A program made the position numbers and the translations under genes. From the NCBI GenBank assembly GCA_965223845.1, contig CBDCXR010000004.1, positions 576,001-640,000 on the forward strand: DNA of 64,000 bases, written 5' to 3'. The notes beneath the pieces are model-generated. The model did not search any database. It saw only the letters and a program-made list of their open reading frames with translations, and had not been told where the DNA came from. The DNA comes from Planctomycetota bacterium. GTDB taxonomy: Bacteria; Planctomycetota; UBA8108; SXIK01. Of the stretch, positions 54,883-64,000 are shown piece by piece. Every line of letters starts with the position of its first letter. The first letter of the stretch is position 1.

Positions 54883-54910
54883 AGTATACCTCGGCGGGAA
54901 GGGGCGGCAA
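54883..54910 (-). promoter_or_regulatory. Putative sigma70 promoter of rpsU
   Basis: Minus-strand TTGCCG-N16-TATACT. Confidence 0.45.
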
Positions 54911-55079
54911 GCCCGTCCGCGCGTGGATTCTCGGCCGGATCGGGAGTTGCGACCACCCTCGCCTCCGGCGGAAGCCCGTCTCCGCCGCTTCGCCGAGTCC
55001 TCCGCGCCCCTCGCGGCCGCATCGTCGCGGCGGGCGGAGGAGTAGAATCGGCGGAACATTCCGGGTAAGACCGCTCGCC

Positions 55080-56723
55080 ATGACGCGGCGAGATCTCGAT
55101 TCCGCCCCCGACGGCGACGGCGACGGCGACCGCGGCTCGGAGCGACCTCTCGAGCCGTCGGCCGACGACGGCGGTCGAGGCGACGTCCGGCGCACGCTCC
55201 TCGTCGGCGGGCTCACGCTCCTCAGCCGCGTCGCTGGTCTCGTCCGAGAAGCGACCCTAGCGCTCTTTCTCGGGACCGGCGTCGCGATGGACGCCTTCCG
55301 CGTCGCGTTCCTGCTCCCGAATCTGCTCCGCCGCCTGGTCGGCGAGGGGGCGATCTCGAGCGTCTTCGTCGCGGTCTACAGTCGCCGGCGCGGCGACACG
55401 ACGGTCTTCGTCGACAAGTTCCTCACCCTGTGGTTCTCGCTCGCCGCACTGCTGACGATCGCGGGCGTCGTTCTCGTCGGACCGTGCGCGCGCGCGGTCC
55501 GGCCGCTCCTCGGGGACGGCGCGCTCGCGGAACCGGAGAACCTCGAGCTCACGATCGACGTCACGCGGGTCGTCTTCTGGTACCTCTTCTTCGTCGGGAG
55601 CATGGCGGCGCTTCACGGCGTCCTCAACGCCCGCGGCCGCTTCGGCGCGCCCGCCGGAGTTCCCCTTCTCTTCAACGTCGTCTTCGTCGGCTCGACGTTC
55701 GCTCTCGCGCCGTTCTTTCCGGCGGACACCGTCGTGTTCGCCGTCGCCTTCGCGGCCGTGTTGGGTGGGATCGCTCAGCTCGCATTTCTACTTCGTGTTC
55801 TCTGGCGGGCGGGTGCGCGCTTCCGCCTGCGGAATCCGTTCGACGATCCCTCGATTCGCGAGATCCTCCGCCTGCTCGTGCCCGGCGTACTCGGTGCGGG
55901 GGTGTACCAAATCAACATCGTCCTCAATACGGTCATCGCTGCGCGGCTCCCCGAGGGCGCAGTCTCTTCGCTCGGCTACTCGAACCGCTTCATGGAATTC
56001 GTGCTCGGAATCTTCGTCGTCGCGCTGAGCACCGTCAGCTTGACGTCGCTCTCGCGCGTCGCGGCGAGCGGTGATCGGGATGAGCTCGCGCGTCGATCGG
56101 CGAGGATGCTGCGACTCGTCGTCGTCGTGACGATTCCGAGCACGGTGGGGCTCTTCTTCATTCACGAGCCGATGATCGCCCTCATCCTCCGCGCGGGGGC
56201 ATTCCAGGACGAGTCACTGCGCCTGACCGCCGCAGCGTTTCGCTTTCACGTGTTCGGACTCGTCTCGGTCGGAATCGTCCGCGCCATCGTCGCTACGTTC
56301 CACGCGCAGAAAAACCTGCGCACGCCGATCCTCGTCTCTCTCGTCGTCGTGCCCGTCGACGTCGTGCTCGCCGCGGTCCTCTCCTCGGGAACGCTCGGTC
56401 ACCGAGGGATCGCGCTCGCGTCGAGCGCCGCCGCGGCGCTCCACGCGACTCTCCTTCTCGGCGCCTATGCGCGCACGCTGCCTCGGGCCTCGCTCGAAGG
56501 CGTCGCCGGGACGATCGGAAAGACGCTGATCGCCTCGGGTGCGATGGCCGGAGTCCTCTACGGGTTCTCGGTCGTCTGGGCTGCGCCCGAAGAAAAGCTT
56601 CTTCAGACGGCTTGGCTCGCCGTCGCCGTCGGTGCGGGCGCGGTGACGTACGCGGGCTCGGCTCGGCTTTTCCGGCTGGAGGAAGTGAGCCTGCTCGTGC
56701 GGAGTGTGATCCCTAAGAAGTGA
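55080..56723 (+). CDS. murJ: Lipid II flippase MurJ (MviN)
   Basis: LSRVAGLVRE, DAFRVAFLLPNLLRRLVGEGA, YSNRFME; many TMs. Confidence 0.93.
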   Translation: MTRRDLDSAPDGDGDGDRGSERPLEPSADDGGRGDVRRTLLVGGLTLLSRVAGLVREATLALFLGTGVAMDAFRVAFLLPNLLRRLVGEGAISSVFVAVYSRRRGDTTVFVDKFLTLWFSLAALLTIAGVVLVGPCARAVRPLLGDGALAEPENLELTIDVTRVVFWYLFFVGSMAALHGVLNARGRFGAPAGVPLLFNVVFVGSTFALAPFFPADTVVFAVAFAAVLGGIAQLAFLLRVLWRAGARFRLRNPFDDPSIREILRLLVPGVLGAGVYQINIVLNTVIAARLPEGAVSSLGYSNRFMEFVLGIFVVALSTVSLTSLSRVAASGDRDELARRSARMLRLVVVVTIPSTVGLFFIHEPMIALILRAGAFQDESLRLTAAAFRFHVFGLVSVGIVRAIVATFHAQKNLRTPILVSLVVVPVDVVLAAVLSSGTLGHRGIALASSAAAALHATLLLGAYARTLPRASLEGVAGTIGKTLIASGAMAGVLYGFSVVWAAPEEKLLQTAWLAVAVGAGAVTYAGSARLFRLEEVSLLVRSVIPKK

Positions 56724-56725
56724 TT

Positions 56726-56745
56726 CACCACGAAGGGCACGAAGG
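56726..56745 (+). repeat. Lone arm of the CACCACGAAGGG..CACGAAGG repeat family
   Basis: CACCACGAAGGGCACGAAGG matches the left arm at 5998 minus one internal unit; again between convergent genes. Confidence 0.65.
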
Positions 56746-56792
56746 TAAGAGGGTGGTGGTCGGTCTCTCCCCCTCTCCGACCCCCTCTAGCC

Positions 56793-59700
56793 TCAGAACT
56801 TCACGAACCAAAAGATCGTGTGAGTCGTCCGCCCCTCCGCCCGGCGCCGACCGTAGAGATTGAACAGCACGCTCAGCTCTTCCTCACCCGTCGTGTCGTC
56901 TCGCGTATACGTGTAGAAGGGATGGATCGCGAACTGCCGCGACGTCTCGGTCTGCCGGTTGAGATAGAGTCCGAGCAGCACTCGTGACTCGAAGTAGTCG
57001 GGACGCTGTGGGTTGCTCGAGCGATCGTAGAGCGCCCAGAGGATCGAGAGGTAGCGTTCGCCGCCTTCCCCCTCGAGGCGATTCACGGGAAAGAGGAAAC
57101 GCCACGGTCGGGTATAGCGGATGGGTGCGTCACCGAAGTCTTCCGAGTAATAGAACGGAAACACGCCCCAGAAGGATGCGTCACCCTTCTTCGCGCCGAG
57201 CGCGAAGGGAATCGCGTGGAACGACCAATCGTCTCCTCGACGGTCGTACGCGAAGAGGTGAAAGAGCGACCCCCAGCCGTGACCGTCCGCTCCGGAGCGG
57301 ATCCAGAAGAGCCACGGGTCGAAGCGATACACGGTCTCCGACGCGGTGGAGAAGCGTTTCGAGAGGAAGAGAAAGCGCGAGACCCAGAAATCGCCGGCGG
57401 ACTCTCCCGTTTCGTCGGCGTGCAGCGGCCACACGCGGACGGCGTGGAGGCTCGCTTCGTTCCGATAGAAGAGCGACGGCCAGAGCTCGAAGCTGAGCGA
57501 GTCGCGCGCGTCCTGCAGGTGAAAGAGCGGGAAGAGCGCGTAGTAGTCGGACCGCGTCGAGCGGCTGTGGTATCCGAAGAGGGGGAAGAGGAAGAGGTGC
57601 TCGCGGTCGAGCTCCCACTCGTTCCCGACGATCTGGCGTTCGCGCTTTCCTTGCCAGTAGACCGGGAAAAACCGGTAGTTCGTCGAGCGCTCCCCACGAG
57701 CCTCTCGAGCTTCGAAGTGAAGCGCGGGCGTAAATTCGAGGACGTACGATTCCGGCGATCGTTCGTAGTTGAACAGCGGATAGAGGAGTCGAAGACGTTT
57801 CGACTGACTCGGCTCGTCGACTTTCCAGTCCGCGAGAAGCTGACCGAATGTCCAGCGGTGGCCGCCCTTCCACGTCTCGCGATCGAAGAGATAAAAATAG
57901 CGGAGGAAGCTGGGACTGTAGGCGCGGGTTTGGTTCTGCCCGAAGTAGAAGGGAAAGAGCGCGAGCGTGTCCGCGTGGTCGTCGTGCGCAGAGTAGTAGA
58001 ACGGAAGGACCCAAGCGCCTCGCTCACCGTTCGCGCGGCGGTACCAGCGGGAGAGCGGCCAGAGGACGCCTCGTTCGGACGAGAGCAACTCCCGCGTCGG
58101 CGCCTCGCCCTCACCGGCGCCGAGCGGGTTCAGATGCGATCCGCTCTCGGCGGAGGGCGGCGACTCGGCCTCCGCTAGGGGGAAGAGATCGGGCGCGCTC
58201 GGATCCGCGTCGCGATCGACTCCTCCCGGCGGCACCGCGGAGTCTTCGCTCGGCGCATCGACCGCCGGGGGCGTGGGCTCCGAAGATTCGTCCGAACTCT
58301 CTCGGGCCCCGCCCTCGAGCGCTTCGGCCTTCGCCGCCTCGGCGACGAGCGCTCTCCCTTCGGGCGTCCAACCGGGTCCGTCCCGCCCCCCGATCGAACC
58401 GTCGCTCGGGAGCGTCGAGTAGACGTCCTTTGCGAGGAAGAGGTTACCGAGCGTAAGCGAGAGGTGGTACTCCTCGCGGACCGCGCTGTCGGCGATGCGA
58501 TGCGAATAGTAGAACGGGGCGACGATGGTGCGGTCGACCGGCGGCGTCCGGGTTTTCCAGTAGAGCGGCGGCAAGACGTGCGAGTGAGATGCGTCGCGGT
58601 CGAACTCGCGCTCGAAGGAAGCGAGCGACCAGAGGAGGTCGAGTCGCCGCCGCACGACATCGCCCGAGTCGTTCCGTTCCTTCGTTCGGATGACAGTGCC
58701 GGCGGCGTAGTAGTCGCGCGACACTCTCTCGGAGTCATAGCGGCCGTAGAACGGGATGAAGTGACGGTGGGTCCCCGCCGGACCGTCCTGCTGGTAATAG
58801 AAGAGTGAAACGAGGAAGTCGCTCGTCTCGCCCTCTCGCGACACCCAGCCGAGCGGGAGCAGTCGGTAGTGATAGCCGTCGTCCCGCGACTCGGCGCGAA
58901 AGATGGGCCACGCGAGTCCGAGCCCGAAGCCCCGAGATTCGCCCTCCGTATCGAAGAAGCGCGTCTGCGAGTAGGCCGGCCAGAGCACGTGAAGCTGGTG
59001 ACGCGACGGGAACGACCGGTGAAGGACGAACGGGAGCGCGTAGACCTCGGTCGATGTCCGGGTCCGTCGATCGAAGTAGAGGGGGATGAAAAGATGCCAG
59101 CTCCGATTGGCGCTCCCAGATTCCCACCACAGCGGAAAGCCGAAGCCGAAGGAATCGTTCGGCTCGCCCCACGCGAAGTACGTCGGAACGCCGTAGCGAA
59201 AAAAGCGGTCCATCTCGCCACCGGCCAGCCGCTGGTGCTCGATGCCGAGCGGGATCACGAACCGCCAGCGCCGCTGTTCGTTGAACGTGTCGTAGTAGGG
59301 GAAGAACCAGCGGTTGCCCCGGCTCCCGTCGGGCTCGACGTCGTGGTAGAAGAGCGGGAAGAGGAAGGACGTCGACGTCTTTCCCGTCTCGATCGTGTGT
59401 CGCCGGCGAAAGAGACCGAGAAGAGAACCCCAGCCGATTTCGTTGTCGTTCCGCCAGTAGTGGTAGAACGGCCGAAACGCGATGGAAAACGCGTCGTCGG
59501 ACCGCGCGTAATGGAAAAACGGAAACGGCGCGTCGATGCGCCGGCTCGTTCCCGGCCCGCCGCCGAACCGGGAGAGAATCGGTCCGACGTACACGTCGAC
59601 CCCCGCTCCGTCGGACGTGTATCCGTAGAAGGGGAACACCCACTGATAGCGATTCGGACCGCGATCGCCGACGAGAAAGAACGGGACGACCGCGAGATGC

Positions 59701-60629
59701 CCGCCGTCGACGTCACGTCCGCGCCAGTAGAACGGAAAGAGGTACGTCGAGCCGTGATCCCGATCGCCGGCGCGCACCCACGACGACTTGTAGAGCGGCA
59801 GTCCGCCCTCCGTCTCGTCCCACCAATTGAAAAGGTTGAGCGCCGTCCGGTCCGTGCGCAAATCGGTGATGCGCGATTCCGCGAGCTCGAGGATGTACGG
59901 CAGACCGAGACGCGTTCGAACGACGGTCTCCTGGGGGTTTCGCTGGTCGGTGCGGTGGCGGAAGAGCGGGAAGAGAACGTGGTGCGTGCTCAGCTGGTGA
60001 CCGTCGGACGCCGTGTGCGCCCAGAACGGGACGAGCGCGCGAAATCCTCCTTGAGCGCTTTGAAAATCGTAGTAGAGCGGCAGAGACAGCCGGTACGACT
60101 CGTCCTCGCTGTCACCGCTGAAGTAGAGAAGCGGGAAGAGATGAAACGTCGATGACTTTGGGTCGACGTTCTCCGACCGATAGAAGAACGGCGCGAGCAG
60201 TCGCGAGTAGCTGCCGTCGGGCCGCGACGTCGTCCGGTAGAGATACAGGATGTTGCGGACGGTAGTTTCGTCGGCGGTGCGGTAGTAGTGCTCGTAGAGG
60301 GGAAAGAGCTGCGGCCCGAGCCACTCGTAGACGTCGCCGCGGTCGCTCGGCGGCGGATCGGCGGACGCCGCCCCGTCCGGGGCGCTCGGCGGGGTGGCCT
60401 CACCGCTCGGCGCCGGTGGGGGAGTGTCCCCGTCTTCGGGCGTCTCCTGCGCCGCGATCGGCCACGTAAGCAGAGTGATCGCGAAGAGAACCGCGACGCG
60501 GGTCCGATCCGCGAGCCACGCCCGTCCGAGAGTTCGGGCGTCTCCTGCGCGGCTTCCGTTCCGCGCTCGCATCCCATCCGCGCTGGCTGGCATCGCCTGG
60601 ATTGCGGCTCCTCGCTGAGTTCTCTTCAC
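56793..60629 (-). CDS. Large exported protein built of (F/W)P(F/L)(F/Y) aromatic repeats, function unknown
   Basis: Signal-like segment VAVLFAITLLTWPIAA; dozens of LFPLY/WFFPYY/LAPFFY-type repeats; C-terminal ..WFVKF; start uncertain. Confidence 0.8.
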   Translation of the reverse strand: MKRTQRGAAIQAMPASADGMRARNGSRAGDARTLGRAWLADRTRVAVLFAITLLTWPIAAQETPEDGDTPPPAPSGEATPPSAPDGAASADPPPSDRGDVYEWLGPQLFPLYEHYYRTADETTVRNILYLYRTTSRPDGSYSRLLAPFFYRSENVDPKSSTFHLFPLLYFSGDSEDESYRLSLPLYYDFQSAQGGFRALVPFWAHTASDGHQLSTHHVLFPLFRHRTDQRNPQETVVRTRLGLPYILELAESRITDLRTDRTALNLFNWWDETEGGLPLYKSSWVRAGDRDHGSTYLFPFYWRGRDVDGGHLAVVPFFLVGDRGPNRYQWVFPFYGYTSDGAGVDVYVGPILSRFGGGPGTSRRIDAPFPFFHYARSDDAFSIAFRPFYHYWRNDNEIGWGSLLGLFRRRHTIETGKTSTSFLFPLFYHDVEPDGSRGNRWFFPYYDTFNEQRRWRFVIPLGIEHQRLAGGEMDRFFRYGVPTYFAWGEPNDSFGFGFPLWWESGSANRSWHLFIPLYFDRRTRTSTEVYALPFVLHRSFPSRHQLHVLWPAYSQTRFFDTEGESRGFGLGLAWPIFRAESRDDGYHYRLLPLGWVSREGETSDFLVSLFYYQQDGPAGTHRHFIPFYGRYDSERVSRDYYAAGTVIRTKERNDSGDVVRRRLDLLWSLASFEREFDRDASHSHVLPPLYWKTRTPPVDRTIVAPFYYSHRIADSAVREEYHLSLTLGNLFLAKDVYSTLPSDGSIGGRDGPGWTPEGRALVAEAAKAEALEGGARESSDESSEPTPPAVDAPSEDSAVPPGGVDRDADPSAPDLFPLAEAESPPSAESGSHLNPLGAGEGEAPTRELLSSERGVLWPLSRWYRRANGERGAWVLPFYYSAHDDHADTLALFPFYFGQNQTRAYSPSFLRYFYLFDRETWKGGHRWTFGQLLADWKVDEPSQSKRLRLLYPLFNYERSPESYVLEFTPALHFEAREARGERSTNYRFFPVYWQGKRERQIVGNEWELDREHLFLFPLFGYHSRSTRSDYYALFPLFHLQDARDSLSFELWPSLFYRNEASLHAVRVWPLHADETGESAGDFWVSRFLFLSKRFSTASETVYRFDPWLFWIRSGADGHGWGSLFHLFAYDRRGDDWSFHAIPFALGAKKGDASFWGVFPFYYSEDFGDAPIRYTRPWRFLFPVNRLEGEGGERYLSILWALYDRSSNPQRPDYFESRVLLGLYLNRQTETSRQFAIHPFYTYTRDDTTGEEELSVLFNLYGRRRAEGRTTHTIFWFVKF

Positions 60630-60645
60630 ACCCGCGTTCTCTTCT

Positions 60646-60675
60646 CGCGCGTTGTCTCCGCGCGCGTTGTCTCCG
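60646..60675. repeat. Perfect 15-bp tandem duplication
   Basis: CGCGCGTTGTCTCCG x2. Confidence 0.8.
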
Positions 60676-60897
60676 CGCGCAATCTACCTGATGGGTCCGG
60701 CAGGCGAAATCAAGAAAACGAGACCCTGCGGCTTGATTTCAAACCCTCCGCATCTATTTTTCTCTACCGTCCGATCCAGCCGATTCCGTCGTCGTTTTCT
60801 CTCCGCGAGCGTCTCTCCACGCGCAGTCGGATTCGCGCTCGCCGGCCGTTCCGAGTGCTTGCGCCGACGCCGCAGTGAATCACCCGAAGGAAGTTCC

Positions 60898-62499
60898 GTG
60901 AACGACGTCCGTCCTTCCCCGACCCGAACGATCGGGCGCCGCGAACTCGTCGCGACGGGGATGTCGGCGGCGCTCGTCGTGCTCGCGTTTCCGCAATTCG
61001 GCTCGGCGTGGGGGCTCGATCCGCTGATCTGGATCGCCTTCGTCCCGTTCTTCCGCGCCGCGGTGGGGCGCGGCGCGCGCGCCGGTGTCCTTCTCGGCGT
61101 CCTCCTCGGGATCGCGGTCGAAGGGAGCGGCTTCCTCTGGGTGTTCCATGCGATCCGCAGCTTCACCGGGCTCCCGGCTGCGCTCGCAGCGCTAGGGTTT
61201 ACCGCGTGGATCGCGTACTCCGCGCTCCCCTGGGCGGCACTCGGAATCGCTGCCGGGCGCGCTAGACATCTTCGTTCCGTCGGCTGGGTGATCCCGTTCT
61301 GGGTCGCTCTCGAGCACTATTTCCCCCGGCTTTGGCCGTGGGATCTCGGAGTCGCGCTCTACGATCGGGCGTGGCTCTCGCAGGTGGCAGACATCTTCGG
61401 GACGAGTGGACTGAGCGCGCTCGTTCTCGTCGTCAATCTCACCATCGCTCGGCTCTGGGGAGCATCGCTTCACGCCGAGCCGCGGCCTCGCGCGACGATG
61501 GCCGTCACTGCCGCGCTGCTGATCGCCGCGGTCGTGTACGGCGCGGCGCGCGAGAGTCGGGTGCGAGAGTACGAGGAAGAGCAGTCGCCGCTCGACGTGC
61601 TCCTCGTCCAAGGCGCGATTCCGCTCGCCGAGCGAGCCCGCTCCGGGCTTTCGACCTACCTCGCGCGCTCGCGCCGCGCGCTCGCGGAATCGGCTCCGGA
61701 GAAGCCGGCACTCGTCGTCTGGCCGGAGGGCTCGATGTCGCAGATCGTCTCGACGGCGGAACGATTCTATTCGCTCGATGTCGACCTCGAGTCGGCGCGC
61801 CCCCTCGCGCTCTTCTTGCGCCACCGGCTCGATCCCCGCGAGCTCGACGTCCCTCTCGTCGCGAATGCGAGAGGCTTCGACGGCCGCCGCCAGTCTCCGT
61901 TCTCGAACCTGAACGTCTACTTCTCGCCGGGCGAAGAGCCGGTTTTCTACGAGAAGATCAAGCGAGTTCCCTTTGGCGAGGTCGTCCCCGGGATCGAGCT
62001 TCTGCCGGATTCGCTGCGTGAGAGCTGGGGGCTCCTCGTCGGAACGCTCGCGGCCGGCAACGAGAGCCCGGTCTGCGACCTCGGCGGGCGGCCGTTTCGC
62101 CATCTCATCTGCTACGAAGCCGTGCTCCCGTCGTTTGTGCGCCGTTACGCGGGGCCGGTCGAGTTCTTCGTGAACACAACCGAGGACGTCTGGTACGGGC
62201 GCACGGCGCACATTCCGCAGCACGTTGCGGTCATCCGATTGCGAGCGATCGAAAACCGCGTTCCCATCGTTCGCTGCGCCAATCTCGGGCCGAGTGGAAT
62301 CGCGACCATGCGGGGAGAGTTTCTCGGCGGTGCGCGGCCCGGCGTGCCGGAGCTCGTCCGGGCCGAGCTCCGCCCGGGAAGACTCTGGACGCTCTACGGG
62401 TCCGGTGGACACCTCTTTCCGCTCGTCTGCGCCGTTCTCGTCTGCGCCCGGTACGTCGCCAGTCGAAAGAAAAGACGTGAAATTCAGTCGTCGCGGTAA
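60898..62499 (+). CDS. lnt: Apolipoprotein N-acyltransferase
   Basis: Multi-TM N-terminus; nitrilase triad WPEG, YEKIKRVPFGE, LICYEA; RAIENR. Confidence 0.92.
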   Translation: MNDVRPSPTRTIGRRELVATGMSAALVVLAFPQFGSAWGLDPLIWIAFVPFFRAAVGRGARAGVLLGVLLGIAVEGSGFLWVFHAIRSFTGLPAALAALGFTAWIAYSALPWAALGIAAGRARHLRSVGWVIPFWVALEHYFPRLWPWDLGVALYDRAWLSQVADIFGTSGLSALVLVVNLTIARLWGASLHAEPRPRATMAVTAALLIAAVVYGAARESRVREYEEEQSPLDVLLVQGAIPLAERARSGLSTYLARSRRALAESAPEKPALVVWPEGSMSQIVSTAERFYSLDVDLESARPLALFLRHRLDPRELDVPLVANARGFDGRRQSPFSNLNVYFSPGEEPVFYEKIKRVPFGEVVPGIELLPDSLRESWGLLVGTLAAGNESPVCDLGGRPFRHLICYEAVLPSFVRRYAGPVEFFVNTTEDVWYGRTAHIPQHVAVIRLRAIENRVPIVRCANLGPSGIATMRGEFLGGARPGVPELVRAELRPGRLWTLYGSGGHLFPLVCAVLVCARYVASRKKRREIQSSR

Positions 62500-62796
62500 G
62501 AGAATTGCTTAGGCTGTTTGCCGTCGCGCTGCGTTTGGGTTCGCCGCGATCGACGAAGAACGGACTAACATTTCCGCTCGGCCGCGACTACGGCGGCTCC
62601 ACGGAACGAAATTGGCCGCCCGTCGGGAGTTGGGTTTCCCCGGCGTGTGCCACGGGTCTCCGGTACGGGTCTCTCTCGCCGCTCGATAGTGGGAGCCCGT
62701 GACCGATATCAATCGACGCGACCGCGGTCCTCTCGCCGCGGCCTGGTTCTGCCGGCGGCGGCGGAGCGCGTCCGGCGACGAACTTTCGGTGTCGCG

Positions 62797-64000
62797 ATGC
62801 GAATGGAACTGGGGCTGGGTCAGCATCAGACGATCAAGCAGATCCAGACGCTGTCCCCCCAGATGTACATGTCGATGGAGATCCTCTGTCTGAGCACAGT
62901 GGATCTCGAGGAGCGCATCGAAACCGAAGTCGAGGACAACGTCGCGCTCGAGCTCCTCGATCGGTCCGGTGAGGGGGACGGCGACGCTCCGGCAGCCGAG
63001 GGCGGCGACCGCGACGTCTCGGCGACCGAGTCGAGCGAGGCGGGAGCCGATTCAGGCGCGACCACCGCCGACGACGACGGCTTCGAGCAGCGCTTCGAAC
63101 AGTGGGCGGAGTACGCGCGCGAAGACCAGGCGGAGGGGCGTCGAGCGTCGTCATACGACGGCGAGCGGGACAGCAAGCTCGAGGCGCTCAGCAACACGGA
63201 GGATCGGCCGGAATCGCTCCAGGACCATCTCGTCGAGCAGGTCGACCTGCTCGAGGACCTGGCCGCGTTCGGGGACGACCTCTCGCCCGAGGACGTCGAG
63301 ACCGTACGTTCCCTCTGCAGGGAGGTGATCTACAACATCGACGATCGCGGGTACCTCCTCTACTCGCTCGAGGAGATCGCCGAGTCCCTCGAGACGCCGG
63401 TGCGGTTCGCGCTCCTCGAGACGGCGCTCCGCGTCGTCCAGAGCCTCGATCCGCCGGGCGTCGGCGGGCGCAATCTCGAGGAGTGCCTCCTTCTTCAACT
63501 CCACCGCGACTGCCAGTCCTATCCCCTCGAGGAGCAGATCGTGCGCGAGCACCTCGAGGATCTCGGCCACAATCGCCTGCCCAAGATCGCCAAGTCGACG
63601 GGGGTGGGGATCGACGTCATCAAAACCGCCGCCGAGACGATCGCGAGCCTCAATCCGCGCCCGGGTCTTCTCTACGGCGGTCGTCTTCCGCCGGTGATTC
63701 GTCCCGATGTAGTCGTCGAGGAAGTCGACGGAAAGTACGTCGTCCGCGTGGAGAACGAGTATTCCGGCCGCCTCCGCATCAGTGCGCACTACCACCGATT
63801 GTTCAAGGAAGCGCGGAAGAATCCCGAGGTGCGAAAGTACCTCAAGAAGAAGATCGACAGCGCGGAGTGGCTGATGGCTGCCGTCCGGCAGAGGCAGTCG
63901 ACTCTCCATCGCATCGCCGAGGAGCTCGTCCGGATCCAGGTCGGCTTCCTCGACCACGGCATCTCGAAGCTGAAGCCACTCAAAATGATCGAGGTCGCGG
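62797..64000 (+). CDS. rpoN: RNA polymerase sigma-54 factor (partial; runs off the window and is missing from the ORF track)
   Basis: MRMELGLGQHQTIKQIQTLSPQMYMSMEILCL..LEERIE..NVALE; DDRGYL; QSLDPPGVGGRNLEECLLLQ; IRPDVVV; QRQSTL; LKPL. Confidence 0.95.
   Translation, partial: MRMELGLGQHQTIKQIQTLSPQMYMSMEILCLSTVDLEERIETEVEDNVALELLDRSGEGDGDAPAAEGGDRDVSATESSEAGADSGATTADDDGFEQRFEQWAEYAREDQAEGRRASSYDGERDSKLEALSNTEDRPESLQDHLVEQVDLLEDLAAFGDDLSPEDVETVRSLCREVIYNIDDRGYLLYSLEEIAESLETPVRFALLETALRVVQSLDPPGVGGRNLEECLLLQLHRDCQSYPLEEQIVREHLEDLGHNRLPKIAKSTGVGIDVIKTAAETIASLNPRPGLLYGGRLPPVIRPDVVVEEVDGKYVVRVENEYSGRLRISAHYHRLFKEARKNPEVRKYLKKKIDSAEWLMAAVRQRQSTLHRIAEELVRIQVGFLDHGISKLKPLKMIEVA

Noticed and set aside
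62500-62796. Sigma54 -24/-12 site upstream of rpoN
   Set aside because: A minus-strand TGGCAC is present but without a correctly spaced TTGC.

Overview
High-GC (roughly two-thirds G+C by eye), densely coding core-genome window. The gene content (DUF1570-type HEXXH protein, FG-GAP/ASPIC-UnbV protein, zinc-ribbon SpoVG, double-length UvrA, heme-c/copper-monooxygenase fusion, LPS genes) suggests a Planctomycetota-like diderm; this is inference. Recognisable genes: yajC-secDF, eno, psd-pssA-folK-panC-ispE-spoVG, kdsA, lpxK-hldE, two pilT, waaF, lysS, HIT, uvrA, hpnA-like, trpEGDCF, rpsU, murJ, lnt and a partial rpoN that runs off the end. No rRNA, tRNA, CRISPR array or transposase was seen. The best lead is an apparently split FG-GAP / ASPIC-UnbV / CxxC-redoxin / TPR gene. 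Its two halves are in frame across one TGA (37675-37677), and 11 nt after it lies a 17-nt hairpin with a GGUC loop that resembles the E. coli fdhF SECIS. This makes it a candidate ~1340-aa exported selenoprotein, which sits convergent with a heme-c/copper monooxygenase gene. The second lead is a signal-peptide ORF ending in RAPP between yajC and secDF, a candidate secretion-monitoring arrest peptide. Other leads: a HEAT/pseudo-hydrolase coupled to a metallopeptidase, an orphan FliM, an FtsB-like gene, a trp attenuator-like leader, a dispersed hairpin repeat and a 1278-aa aromatic-repeat protein. All calls come from reading the sequence; no database searches were run.
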